Of a stretch of DNA of 32,000 nucleotides, positions 23,493-32,000 are shown one piece after another (positions within the stretch are counted from its first letter, which is position 1; each line of letters begins with the position of its first letter). Location of the stretch: the NCBI GenBank assembly GCA_003056265.1, contig NBVN01000001.1, forward strand, positions 180,001-212,000. The letters run 5' to 3'. This DNA comes from Zestosphaera tikiterensis. Lineage in GTDB: Archaea; Thermoproteota; Thermoprotei_A; Sulfolobales; NBVN01. Under the pieces are notes generated by a model. It was not told the origin of the DNA. It ran no database searches and was given only the letters and a program-made list of their open reading frames with translations. Made by a program: the position numbers and the translations under genes.

Positions 23493-24614
23493 TCAAGAAA
23501 TTAGCTTGTTTAAACATCCCGCCTCCATACATTCCCTTAACTCCATAGCTACCCTCCTACCCATACTTAAGGGTTTGCCGAAGTATAGCTTGCTGTATTG
23601 ACTGCCTATACCCATGTAAACGTTTGTCCCGCCGCCGATCCTAAGAGCTACGTCGAAAACAACGACGTCGAAGTCGGGCGTAACCACTAACTGCAGGGTG
23701 AAAGGCCCTATAACGCCAGGCGGTTCTAAAGCCTTAGCCGCTTCAACGAACTTATCACCTACGTCGAAGAGCTTCTCAAGCATGCTCTCCCTTATCGTAG
23801 CCATTTCATGCCCGATCTCAATCATCTCAACATCTACGACTTCCTTCAACTCCAGCTGAACGTCGGCAGGCATCTTAAGGAAGCCGTCTAAGTTTGTCTG
23901 CAGCCTCCTATCTATGCTTACTATCTCGACCTCCCCCCTCGCTACGCTGTTGAAGTAGTTTACGTTGAAGTAAGCACCTAAGACCAACTCCTCAATGGAG
24001 GCTTTAGCTAAGTCCTCAAGCCTTACGACGCCGTCAGCAACTAACTTGTTAAGTTTCCTACGTAGGTCATCCCTATCGACCGCTATGAAGAAACCCCTCT
24101 CAACTCTTTTTCTGGCGTGCGGCATCTTAACAATCACGGGCTTATCCACATCGTCAGGGCTTCCGTAAACCTTAGGCCTTCTTATATTAGCCGCGTCCAA
24201 CAACCTATAGTAGTTTTTACTCCCAACCCTTTCTTCATACCTAAGTAGGTAGCGATTACCGAATATAGGTATTGGAAACCTAAACTCTATGTTGTCATAA
24301 CCTACATACACGGAGAAACTCCTGTTAGGTATTAGAACAGCGTTCTCAGCCCTGAGCTTAGAGATAACGTCGTCTTTAATCACGTCCGCGAATGAATCCA
24401 GTATCAACGGTATGTCAACAACCCTCTTAAACCTTAAGTAAGGCTTTTCCCTACCTTTCTGGCATATCGCCACGGTTTTAAAGCCTTCGTCTTTAGCCCC
24501 GTCAAACACGTCTAGGGCTGAGTGACTTGCTATAGCCGCTATGGAGACCTTCCTGAAGTCGTAGCCCTTCAGAAGCTCTTCAGCGTTTAATTTAAAACTC
24601 AACTCTCTCACCAA
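23493..24614 (-). CDS. purP: FAICAR synthetase, PurP family, copy 1
   Basis: 373 aa, colinear with the other PurP copy: [35 protein letters not shown] start overlaps the purM 3' end. Confidence 0.85.
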   Translation of the reverse strand: MVRELSFKLNAEELLKGYDFRKVSIAAIASHSALDVFDGAKDEGFKTVAICQKGREKPYLRFKRVVDIPLILDSFADVIKDDVISKLRAENAVLIPNRSFSVYVGYDNIEFRFPIPIFGNRYLLRYEERVGSKNYYRLLDAANIRRPKVYGSPDDVDKPVIVKMPHARKRVERGFFIAVDRDDLRRKLNKLVADGVVRLEDLAKASIEELVLGAYFNVNYFNSVARGEVEIVSIDRRLQTNLDGFLKMPADVQLELKEVVDVEMIEIGHEMATIRESMLEKLFDVGDKFVEAAKALEPPGVIGPFTLQLVVTPDFDVVVFDVALRIGGGTNVYMGIGSQYSKLYFGKPLSMGRRVAMELRECMEAGCLNKLIS

Positions 24615-25605
24615 ATGGCGTGTCTATAACTACTTTGCCCTCGCCTTTAACTACCTCACCAAGTATATATGCTTTAAAGCCGTACCTACCGACTAGGTCG
24701 GAAACCGCGCTTACGTGATCCCTACCTGCAGTCATTAAAAGACCTACGCCCATATTGAAGACTCTATACATCTCGCTTACAGACACCCCACCAAGCTCCA
24801 TAATAGCTTTAAAGATCTTCGGCGGTTCTGGAGCTTCGATACGGGCTTCTAAAGAGCTACTTAAAACCCTCTTAACCTTCTTAAACGCTCCGCCAGTTAT
24901 GTGAACTACGGAATTCACATACCCGTTTTCAATAGCTTCTAAAACCACGTTTGAATATATAGCTGTTGGTTTAGTTAACTCCTCCTTAAAATCGACTTCG
25001 TCGACTACGGCATCGTAGCTACCTAAACGCGACTCTAAAACCTTCCTAACTAGTGAGTATCCGTTAGCGTGAAGCCCCCAACTTTCAAGACCTACGATTA
25101 CGTCGCCCTCTCTAGCCTTATTGCTGAACCCCACCTTCTTCACCGCTAAAACAGCGCATGCAGCATCTACGCCGTTAACTAGGTTTGGAAGTATAGCTGT
25201 TTCACCGCCGATGACGACCACCCCACTACGTTTAGCTGCTTTAAACACACCGTTAAAGACTTCCGTGAATACCCCCACGTCAGGCTTAGGCATGGATATG
25301 TAGTCCACTAAAGCTAAAGGCTTAGCCCCCTCACATACCACGTCGTTGACGTTCATAGCAACGCAGTCCCAACCTATTACTTCATACTTTCCAAGCCTCT
25401 CTAAAACTAAGGCTTTAGTGCCTACGCCATCCACATGCAACGTTATTGAGGTTCCCCCAACGTCTATGAAGGACGCGTAAGATCCTAAGTTACGTACCTC
25501 CACAGCAAGCTCTTCAGCAAGCTGATTCATTAACTTAACGGCGTATTCATGCATCTCGCCATGTTTACTTAAGTCAACTCCAGCCTTAACGTAGTCCCAA
25601 CCCAT
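24592..25605 (-). CDS. purM: phosphoribosylformylglycinamidine cyclo-ligase (AIR synthetase)
   Basis: HVDGVGTKALV, DCVAMNVNDV and GGETA blocks. I prefer the ATG at 25605 (MGWDYVKAGVD), which has GGAGGT 8 nt upstream. The ATG at 25626 is also open. Confidence 0.9.
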   Translation of the reverse strand: MGWDYVKAGVDLSKHGEMHEYAVKLMNQLAEELAVEVRNLGSYASFIDVGGTSITLHVDGVGTKALVLERLGKYEVIGWDCVAMNVNDVVCEGAKPLALVDYISMPKPDVGVFTEVFNGVFKAAKRSGVVVIGGETAILPNLVNGVDAACAVLAVKKVGFSNKAREGDVIVGLESWGLHANGYSLVRKVLESRLGSYDAVVDEVDFKEELTKPTAIYSNVVLEAIENGYVNSVVHITGGAFKKVKRVLSSSLEARIEAPEPPKIFKAIMELGGVSVSEMYRVFNMGVGLLMTAGRDHVSAVSDLVGRYGFKAYILGEVVKGEGKVVIDTPFGERVEF

Positions 25606-25610
25606 AAGCA

Positions 25611-26015
25611 CTACCTCCCCAAACATAGTTTAAGTATCCTTAGCGCTAGATACGCAGCGTTTTCAGCGTTGTTTATGCCTACGGTTGCTACCGGCACGCC
25701 CTTAGGCATTTGAGCGATACTTAATAGAGAGTCTAAACCACCTAAAGCTACGTTTAGAGGGACTCCAACGACGGGTTTTTCAGTTCTAGAGGCTATAAAC
25801 CCCGGTAAATGCGCTGCCAGACCCGCCATAGCTATGAATACGTCGGCATCGCTCTTCTCTATATACTCTTCAAGCTCCTTCGGGTTTCTATGAGCGCTAA
25901 GCACCCTAACCTCATGCTCAATCCCGTGATCCATTAACACCTTAGCAGCTTTCTCCGCGTGTTCAAGATCTCTTTGACTTCCAACGACTATAGCTACCTT
26001 ACCTTTACACGGCAT
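25611..26015 (-). CDS. purE: phosphoribosylaminoimidazole carboxylase catalytic subunit / N5-CAIR mutase (PurE)
   Basis: [18 protein letters not shown] and AGLAAHLPG motifs. The ATG at 26015 lies 5 nt after the purT stop. The ORF-track TTG at 26027 is the alternative. Confidence 0.9.
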   Translation of the reverse strand: MPCKGKVAIVVGSQRDLEHAEKAAKVLMDHGIEHEVRVLSAHRNPKELEEYIEKSDADVFIAMAGLAAHLPGFIASRTEKPVVGVPLNVALGGLDSLLSIAQMPKGVPVATVGINNAENAAYLALRILKLCLGR

Positions 26016-26019
26016 GAAA

Positions 26020-27234
26020 TCACCCAATAAAAAGGTGTTTGGAAGCCTCCCTTACCTTATTTAAAGCTTCTTCAACGGATGAACCCCTAGCTAGCAACAC
26101 AGCCATCCTCCTATCTCTATACGTGTATGGCTTGCCAAACACCCTTAAGTCAACGCCCGGGGTTTTTAATGTTTCATAAACCCCGTAGAGTTTAGGCGAC
26201 CACAGACCGTCCTTATCTGTGTAGATAGCTAGGCTAGCGCCTGGCGATATGACTTTAGGCTTCGGTACGGGTAAACCCAATACAGACCTGACGTGTATGG
26301 CGAACTCGCTGAGCTCTTGAGTAACCATCGTAACCATCCCAGTGTCGTGCGGTCTTGGAGCAACCTCACTAAATAAAACCCTACCGTCTTTAGTTAGGAA
26401 GACTTCAACGCCGAATATCCCAAGGCCTCCTAAGCCGTTAGCTACGGCTAACCCTATCTCCCGGGCTTTATCTATGACGTCCTTAGGTCTTAACGACGGC
26501 TGCCAAGACTCTATGTAGTGGTATTTACCGTATCTCCAATGCTCAACCACGTCGCACGCCTCCGTATTCACGTGCCCGTCGTCAACGTACCTATACGTTA
26601 AAACCGTGAATTCAGTCTCAAGCGGTACGTACTCCTCAACTATTACTTTCCTGCTTCTACCCCTAGCGTGTGAGACCGCATATTCATAGGCCGCCTTAAC
26701 CGCGTCGGTTGAGGGGTTGAGGACTTTGACGTGTCCGTGGCCGCTACTACTCATTTCAGGTTTTATCAGGCATGGATACCCGACTTTCTCACACGCGTCT
26801 ACAGCCTCGTCGACGTTCTCAGCGAATGCGTGTTTAGTTGTTGGGAGTCCTAACGCCTCAGCCGCGTATTTCCTGAGGGTGACTCTATTCATAGCTATTT
26901 TAACGGCTTTAGCGTTGGGGACTATGAAGTAACCCTCCCCTTCAAGTTCCTCAAGCGCTTCAACAGCTACGGCTTCGATCTCGGGGATTACCGCGTAGGG
27001 TTTTTCCCTCCTTATAACGGCTTTTAAAGCGTTTGGATTGGTTAAGTCAATCACGTACCTCCTATGGGCTACGTGCATGGCTGGCGCCCAATCATATCTA
27101 TCCACGACGACGACCTCAACACCTAAACGCTGTGCTTCTATAGCTACTTCCTTCCCTAACTCACCACCGCCGAGTATCAACACCTTCAGAGAGTCTTCAA
27201 ACATTGGCGTGGTTAGAAACTCGCGTTTCTTCAT
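26020..27234 (-). CDS. purT: formate-dependent phosphoribosylglycinamide formyltransferase 2
   Basis: ATP-grasp fold. [35 protein letters not shown] is the typical PurT N-terminus. ATGA overlap with the purD stop. Confidence 0.9.
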   Translation of the reverse strand: MKKREFLTTPMFEDSLKVLILGGGELGKEVAIEAQRLGVEVVVVDRYDWAPAMHVAHRRYVIDLTNPNALKAVIRREKPYAVIPEIEAVAVEALEELEGEGYFIVPNAKAVKIAMNRVTLRKYAAEALGLPTTKHAFAENVDEAVDACEKVGYPCLIKPEMSSSGHGHVKVLNPSTDAVKAAYEYAVSHARGRSRKVIVEEYVPLETEFTVLTYRYVDDGHVNTEACDVVEHWRYGKYHYIESWQPSLRPKDVIDKAREIGLAVANGLGGLGIFGVEVFLTKDGRVLFSEVAPRPHDTGMVTMVTQELSEFAIHVRSVLGLPVPKPKVISPGASLAIYTDKDGLWSPKLYGVYETLKTPGVDLRVFGKPYTYRDRRMAVLLARGSSVEEALNKVREASKHLFIG

Positions 27235-28736
27235 GACCTACCCACCTTAACGTCGGATATAAGCGGGTTCGACAAAACCCCCTCCCCGGGAATCCATAGG
27301 AGCGTCTTCCCAAGCATGCCTCTCTTAGCTCTGGATGTGTAGACCCTCCTAACCTTCTCAGCAACTTTAACTCTATAGTTGAGTAGCTCCGCAGACCCTA
27401 TATCGCTTCTGTGGAAGAGCGGCCAACCGTCAAGTGCTTTAACGTGTTCCACGGCTTTCTCAGACTTCAGATAGGCTTCCCTATAGTCGCTCCCGCTACA
27501 TACGATCTCCACAGCCCTAGAACCTCTTGTGTAGAGGGTGCCGTCGCTGGATAACTCAACGCTGGCGTAGAGAGGTATGCAACCCTCACTTAATATAGCG
27601 GCTTCGTCGATTCTTATCGGGTGGCCGGCAGCGAGTCTCTTATCGTTTGGGTAGCCAACGGGGGCTACGGCCTTAACTATAGTTACTAAGTCTTCAGCTA
27701 TTTCCAGCTTGGCGTTAGCTAACCTACCTTCAGCGGCTTTATCTAAAACGTTTAGGAAATCGCTTCTTAACGCAGGCACGAGATTGCTTATCTCCGGGTC
27801 TCCAAACCTGCTGTAGAACTCTATAACTGTAGGCCCCCAAACACCCGTTAACATCATCTGACCCGCTAGAACGCCTCTATAGCTTGAACATCCCTCCCTC
27901 CCCAACGCATCTACAACCTCCTTAACTATATCCACGCTCCTACGGTATTCCTCGTAGGTTAGGAAGGGTAACGTTAAGCCGGGACCCATCACGCTCCCCA
28001 TACCGCCTGTCTCAGGTCCTACGTCGTATTCGTAGGCGTGTGGGTGGTCTTGAATGGCTGGTAGGGGTAGGGCAGTCGAGCCGTCGGTTATGACCTGCAC
28101 TGTGTACTCAACCCCTTCAACCCTCTGCTCCACAAGCACCTTATAATCTACGTCATCGTGTCCCAACATCTCTTTATATAGTATATCAACGTAGGACTTC
28201 TTAACTTCGCTAACGCTGTCTGAGAGGTATGCCTTACTATCCTTTAAAACCTTCACGCCTTTACCCCCGACCTGCCTAGCCGGCTTTAAAACCACGTCGC
28301 CAGCGAACTCCATGAACTCCCTCGCTTCCTCAACGCTTTTGAACGCTTTGAAAAACAGCCTGCCGGGTATGGAGTGCTTCCACATAATACTTCTCGCATA
28401 TACTTTACTTCTTTCAATCTCCGAACACTTCGAGTCAGAACCGAATACCGTATATCCCTCCTCCCTTAGAACGTCCGGGACGCCGGCGAATTGAGGTTCT
28501 TCAGGGCCTACGACGATGAGGTCTGGGGAGAGTTTCTCAGCTAGTGAGAGTATCTTCCCAGCGTTTGTGGTTTCGGTTATGAAGGTTGCGCCGTTGCTTG
28601 CTTCAGCTACTTTCCTCAGCCCTGGGTTGAGGTAGTCCATAGCTACGTAGAGCTTAAGCTCTTCTGAAGCGCTTCTTCTCATCATTTCAGCTATTGCGTG
28701 TTCCCTACCTCCAGAGCCTATAAGCAGTACCTTCAT
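27231..28736 (-). CDS. purD: phosphoribosylamine-glycine ligase, with a C-terminal extension
   Basis: The N-terminal motif MKVLLIGSGGREHA and an ATP-grasp core are present. At 501 aa it is longer than the roughly 420-430 aa typical of bacterial PurD. Confidence 0.85.
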   Translation of the reverse strand: MKVLLIGSGGREHAIAEMMRRSASEELKLYVAMDYLNPGLRKVAEASNGATFITETTNAGKILSLAEKLSPDLIVVGPEEPQFAGVPDVLREEGYTVFGSDSKCSEIERSKVYARSIMWKHSIPGRLFFKAFKSVEEAREFMEFAGDVVLKPARQVGGKGVKVLKDSKAYLSDSVSEVKKSYVDILYKEMLGHDDVDYKVLVEQRVEGVEYTVQVITDGSTALPLPAIQDHPHAYEYDVGPETGGMGSVMGPGLTLPFLTYEEYRRSVDIVKEVVDALGREGCSSYRGVLAGQMMLTGVWGPTVIEFYSRFGDPEISNLVPALRSDFLNVLDKAAEGRLANAKLEIAEDLVTIVKAVAPVGYPNDKRLAAGHPIRIDEAAILSEGCIPLYASVELSSDGTLYTRGSRAVEIVCSGSDYREAYLKSEKAVEHVKALDGWPLFHRSDIGSAELLNYRVKVAEKVRRVYTSRAKRGMLGKTLLWIPGEGVLSNPLISDVKVGRS

Positions 28737-28740
28737 CTAA

Positions 28741-30009
28741 TCACCCGAAGAAACATTCCTTAAAGCACTTCCCACATAACTTGATGTTGTAGTTCCTGAC
28801 TACAGAGCTTAAAACCCCAGCGTCCACCCAGTTAAGTGAGTCTACGTCTAGGTACTTAACCGCTAAATCCTTGGTTAGGTTAGCCGCTAAAAGCCTCTCC
28901 ATGTTAAGGTTGAAGAGTTTGTAAGGGCATGTAGACACGATTGGAGGGCTTGCCACAACCAAGTGGATCTCATCAACGCCGACTTCAGACCTCAGTAGTT
29001 GTACGGCGGCTTTCATAGTTGACCCGACAACCATGCTGTCGTCGACTAAGGCGACTTTCCTACCTTCTAAAACCTTCTTAACGGGGTTCATCTTCATATG
29101 TATGGCTACCACCTTCTCCATAGGGTCTACCTTCAGCATAGACCTACTTCTAGAGCCTGTAGGGATTAAAGCCAACTCCACGGGCTTACCCACGCTTTGA
29201 GAGAAGCCTAACGCGTAGGGGAGGGCCGTCTCAGGAACGCCGACAACCACATCCACTTCATTTTTGAAGGCCTTACCCACCTCAGCCCCGACCCTCTTCC
29301 TAAACTCGTATACGCTCACGCCATCGACTATGGAGTCAGGCCTAGCTAAGTAAAGCAGTTCAAACGCGCATAAAGCTGGAGATCCGCTGAAGCTCGTTTT
29401 AAACGTCTTAAATAAGTTCTTAGATATTATGACGCCCTCACCTGGGGGGAGGCCCCTCTTAACCTCAGCCCCGAGGACTTCCGCGGTGGCGTGTTCTGAA
29501 GCCACTATAGCTAAGTCGAAGCCGTAACTACCTAAAACTAAAGGTGTTAAGCCGGACCCACACCTCCAAGCAATTACATCCCCTCTACTTGATAGGGTTA
29601 GGAGTGTTGGAGCGTTTGAAAACTCCGTGAAGACTTTCCTTAACCCGCTTTCAAGCGCGTTTAAACTACTTAAGTGTACGGCCTCCGCAACCGCGTTTGC
29701 TAAAGGCTTTAATTCCTCGTAAGGTCTGTCGGCTAAAACAACGACTTCAACGCCTCCGGAAGACCCTCTAGCTATGTAGTCCTCGTCAACCCTCACGTCG
29801 TTGTAGGTGCCGACTACAGCTACGTACGATCCTAACCTCACGTCTATTTCGTCGGGTTCTTCAAACGTTAAGCACTTAACGCCTTCCTTAGGCAGGCACA
29901 CGACTACGGAGTCCTCGCCCCTATGCCGTAGGGATATAGCTCCATACCTCACGTAGTTGGTTACATCCCATAAGTCGTCAAAGGCGTGAATCGCTAGAAG
30001 CCCCGCCAC
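28741..30009 (-). CDS. amidophosphoribosyltransferase paralogue lacking the N-terminal catalytic cysteine
   Basis: 422 aa, colinear with PurF. PRPP loop VALVDDSMVVGSTMK and four Cys at the PurF Fe-S positions (CAFELLY, STCPYK, CGKCF). The N-terminus is (M)AGLLAIHAF instead of MCGI. GTG start. Confidence 0.8.
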   Translation of the reverse strand: MAGLLAIHAFDDLWDVTNYVRYGAISLRHRGEDSVVVCLPKEGVKCLTFEEPDEIDVRLGSYVAVVGTYNDVRVDEDYIARGSSGGVEVVVLADRPYEELKPLANAVAEAVHLSSLNALESGLRKVFTEFSNAPTLLTLSSRGDVIAWRCGSGLTPLVLGSYGFDLAIVASEHATAEVLGAEVKRGLPPGEGVIISKNLFKTFKTSFSGSPALCAFELLYLARPDSIVDGVSVYEFRKRVGAEVGKAFKNEVDVVVGVPETALPYALGFSQSVGKPVELALIPTGSRSRSMLKVDPMEKVVAIHMKMNPVKKVLEGRKVALVDDSMVVGSTMKAAVQLLRSEVGVDEIHLVVASPPIVSTCPYKLFNLNMERLLAANLTKDLAVKYLDVDSLNWVDAGVLSSVVRNYNIKLCGKCFKECFFG

Positions 30010-30015
30010 CTCTAA

Positions 30016-31386
30016 TCACCTGGAGAACATGCTCTCTAAGTCTTCAACGGTAAGGTTTTTGAAGGGGTATCTACCGGTGAAGCATGCCGTGCAGACGGCT
30101 GATGAGCCGACGGACCTTATTAAACACTCAACGGGGTTGTAAGCGATGCTGTCGGCGCCTAAAGCTTTAGCTATGTCTTCCAACCGCATCTTAGACCAAG
30201 CCAGCAACTCATTCCTTGAGGATACGTCTATACCCATGAAGCACGGGTATCTAAACGGCGGGCTAGCAACCCTCACGTGGATTTCCCTAGCTCCAAACCT
30301 CCTAAGCTTAGATACGAGGCTCTTCATAGTGGTTCCCCTCACTATCGAGTCATCCACTAAAACGACCCTCCTCCCATTCACGACCTTCTTAACGAACCCG
30401 TACTTCAGGCTGGATAGGGAGTCCCTAACCGTCGGAGGCATTATGAAGCCCCTACCTATGTATTTATTGGCTACGACGCCTTCATCCATAGGTAAGCCGC
30501 TGGCTCTGCTGTAGCCTATGGCGGCGGCCCTACCGCTGTCTGGAATGGGTACGACGACGTCGGCTTCAGCTGGAGCTACCTTAGCTAGCTCCATACCCAT
30601 TAAAACCCTAGATTCGTAGACGCTAACCCCGTTGAATATGGAGTCAGGCCTTGAGAAGTAAACGTATTCAAACACGCAGGGGGTTGCCTCACCCACGGCT
30701 TGAGCTGCCATTACCTCCAGCGAGTGCCCGTCGAAACTCACGACCTCACCGGCCCGCACCTCCCTCCACGACTCAACCCCCACTATGTCGAGGACGGCTG
30801 TTTCCGAAGCCGCGTAGAACTCACCGCCGTTAAACCCGTACGCAAGCGGTCTAAACCCCCTCGGATCTCTTGCTAAGACAATCCTAGGTTCGTTGGTAAC
30901 GACTATAACGCTGTAGCCGCCGACCACCCTCGAAGCTAAAGCCTTTAAAGCCTCAACCACGTCTTTACCGTACTCTATGGAGTACTTCAGCAAGACATTC
31001 GCGAATGCTTGGGTGTCGTTCTCGGGCTTAATCCCCACCTCCTTCGCTAAGGCTCTGTAGTTGGCTATGGTTCCGTTAAACGCTAAAGCTATTTTGAAGT
31101 CTCCCCCAACGACGGCGGGTTGAGTTACTGAGTTTAGATACCCGCCTGACGTGGAGTACCTCACATGCCCGACTCCGCCGAAAGCGCCGTTAACTCTAGG
31201 GATGCGTGATCTATTGAGGATCATCTCGACAACGTTCCACCCGCCGTTAACCCGCTCTATCGCGTGTGTGTTTGTAGCTATAGCTATGCCCGCGTGTTCC
31301 TGCCCTCTATGCTGTAGCTCCACAAGCATTTCCAGAAGTGCCGTAACCACGTCTCCCTTACCTACGTAACCCGCAATACCGCACAA
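30016..31386 (-). CDS. purF: amidophosphoribosyltransferase
   Basis: MCGIAGYVG Ntn nucleophile, HRGQEHAGIA, PRPP loop VVLVDDSIVRGTTMK, Fe-S cysteines (PCVFEY, YPCFMG, CTACF). TTG start 1 nt after the purL stop. Confidence 0.9.
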   Translation of the reverse strand: MCGIAGYVGKGDVVTALLEMLVELQHRGQEHAGIAIATNTHAIERVNGGWNVVEMILNRSRIPRVNGAFGGVGHVRYSTSGGYLNSVTQPAVVGGDFKIALAFNGTIANYRALAKEVGIKPENDTQAFANVLLKYSIEYGKDVVEALKALASRVVGGYSVIVVTNEPRIVLARDPRGFRPLAYGFNGGEFYAASETAVLDIVGVESWREVRAGEVVSFDGHSLEVMAAQAVGEATPCVFEYVYFSRPDSIFNGVSVYESRVLMGMELAKVAPAEADVVVPIPDSGRAAAIGYSRASGLPMDEGVVANKYIGRGFIMPPTVRDSLSSLKYGFVKKVVNGRRVVLVDDSIVRGTTMKSLVSKLRRFGAREIHVRVASPPFRYPCFMGIDVSSRNELLAWSKMRLEDIAKALGADSIAYNPVECLIRSVGSSAVCTACFTGRYPFKNLTVEDLESMFSR

Positions 31387-31387
31387 G

Positions 31388-32000
31388 CTATTCCCCCTCT
31401 AACCTCCTATGTAGTGAGTTGAGGTAGAGGTCGGAAATCAGGTCTAGGTCGATTTTAATCAGTTCCTTAACGCCTTCCTTAAACAAGACCTCCCTAGAGT
31501 CCTCAACCCTGCCTATAACGCCGTAAGCAACTTCGTAATCGTTGACTACGTCCTTAAATAAGTCGATTTTACTGGGTTCAACCTCAACTAAGTAGCGTGC
31601 TTGAGTTTCCGAGTAAAGCAACTCGTCAACCCTACCTACAGCCCTGCTGGGTATTTTAGATATGTCTACGTTGAAGCCTAAACCGCTGGTTACAGACATC
31701 TCAATAAGCGCAACCGCCAAACCACCTACCCCCACGTCGTGAACGGCTGAGACGATGTCGTCTTTAATTAACTTCCTAATCAACTCCGCGTGCTTAACCT
31801 CTAACGACGGTTTAGGTTTAGGTATCTGACCTAATTCCAAGCCGTATATGCGGTGTAGGTATTCAGAACCTCCTAACTCAGGTAGTGTATACCCGATGAT
31901 GGCTACGTAGGATCCATGCCCCTTGAAGTCCATGCCCTTAACTTTCGAGATGTCGTCGACCTTACCTACGCCTACGACGGTTGCTGTTGGCCTCACTTGA
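31388..32000 (-). CDS. purL: phosphoribosylformylglycinamidine synthase II, C-terminal part (truncated by the window edge)
   Basis: HDVGVGGLAVALIEM and the PurM-like C-terminal repeat architecture. The frame stays open to the end of the window. Confidence 0.85.
   Translation of the reverse strand, partial: QVRPTATVVGVGKVDDISKVKGMDFKGHGSYVAIIGYTLPELGGSEYLHRIYGLELGQIPKPKPSLEVKHAELIRKLIKDDIVSAVHDVGVGGLAVALIEMSVTSGLGFNVDISKIPSRAVGRVDELLYSETQARYLVEVEPSKIDLFKDVVNDYEVAYGVIGRVEDSREVLFKEGVKELIKIDLDLISDLYLNSLHRRLEGE

Noticed and set aside
217-31369. About 25 ORFs of 60-180 aa in the supplied track lie antisense to, or nested out of frame in, confidently assigned genes. Examples: 217-696, 823-1038, 3764-4006, 5188-5403, 5755-5958, 7003-7197, 8627-8962, 9717-9968, 12760-12957, 12985-13221, 13336-13530, 14712-14939, 15704-16252, 16704-16892, 19605-19844, 20296-20658, 22275-22496, 22566-22820, 25121-25303, 26717-26932, 27038-27250, 28312-28494, 30146-30514, 30651-30833, 31151-31369.
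   Set aside because: Each is fully contained in a gene with strong family motifs on the other strand or in another frame. Their translations are low-complexity (Ser/Leu/Thr/Pro-rich), typical of shadow ORFs, and none has recognisable motifs.
1-32000. A scan for CRISPR arrays, tRNA or rRNA genes, and transposase or integrase genes.
   Set aside because: There are no regularly spaced direct repeats of 24-40 nt. I saw no GTTCRANYC T-loop with an acceptor-stem context in any intergenic region, no rRNA-like segments, and no ORF with transposase, integrase or Cas motifs. Reading by eye cannot exclude a divergent or intron-containing tRNA.

Overview
The window looks like a compact archaeal chromosome segment, probably from a crenarchaeote or Thermoproteota-like organism. 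Evidence: leaderless-style TATA boxes about 25 nt upstream of starts, many GTG/TTG starts, PurP/PurT formate-dependent purine genes, and HEPN/MNT modules. I did not assign a species.

Core metabolism flanks both sides.
- Left flank (1-6.7 kb): ABC ATPase, membrane protein, rubrerythrin, a translationally coupled GSA-aminomutase-like / DapB-like amine dehydrogenase pair, a membrane GT2 glycosyltransferase and a frameshifted rpiB.
- Right flank (12-32 kb): ZIP metal transporter, 5-formyl-THF cyclo-ligase family protein, a LivHMGF + substrate-binding-protein ABC importer, an AroM-family protein, pyrK-pyrD, and a tightly packed minus-strand purine operon (purL'-purF-purF-like-purD-purT-purE-purM-purP-purB-purP).

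The unusual part is an accessory island at about 6.7-11.9 kb.
- It holds a retropepsin-like aspartic protease, two tandem overlapping HEPN-nucleotidyltransferase (MNT) toxin-antitoxin-like pairs and an alpha/beta hydrolase.
- These genes are interleaved with five ORF-free gaps of 150-690 nt.
- All five gaps carry diverged copies of one G-rich, hairpin-rich element family with colinear motifs: RATGAAGC(C/T)AG, A(A/C)ATGAG(G/A) and GGGAGTT(T)A. Two copies also share an identical promoter-like CTTAAATGTTTT box.
- No reading frame is conserved between copies, so I interpret them as a structured ncRNA, long-leader or cassette-boundary family that I cannot match to any known class.

Two single-nucleotide frame problems (rpiB and the second HEPN) also lie in or next to this island. 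No rRNA, tRNA or CRISPR array was recognised.
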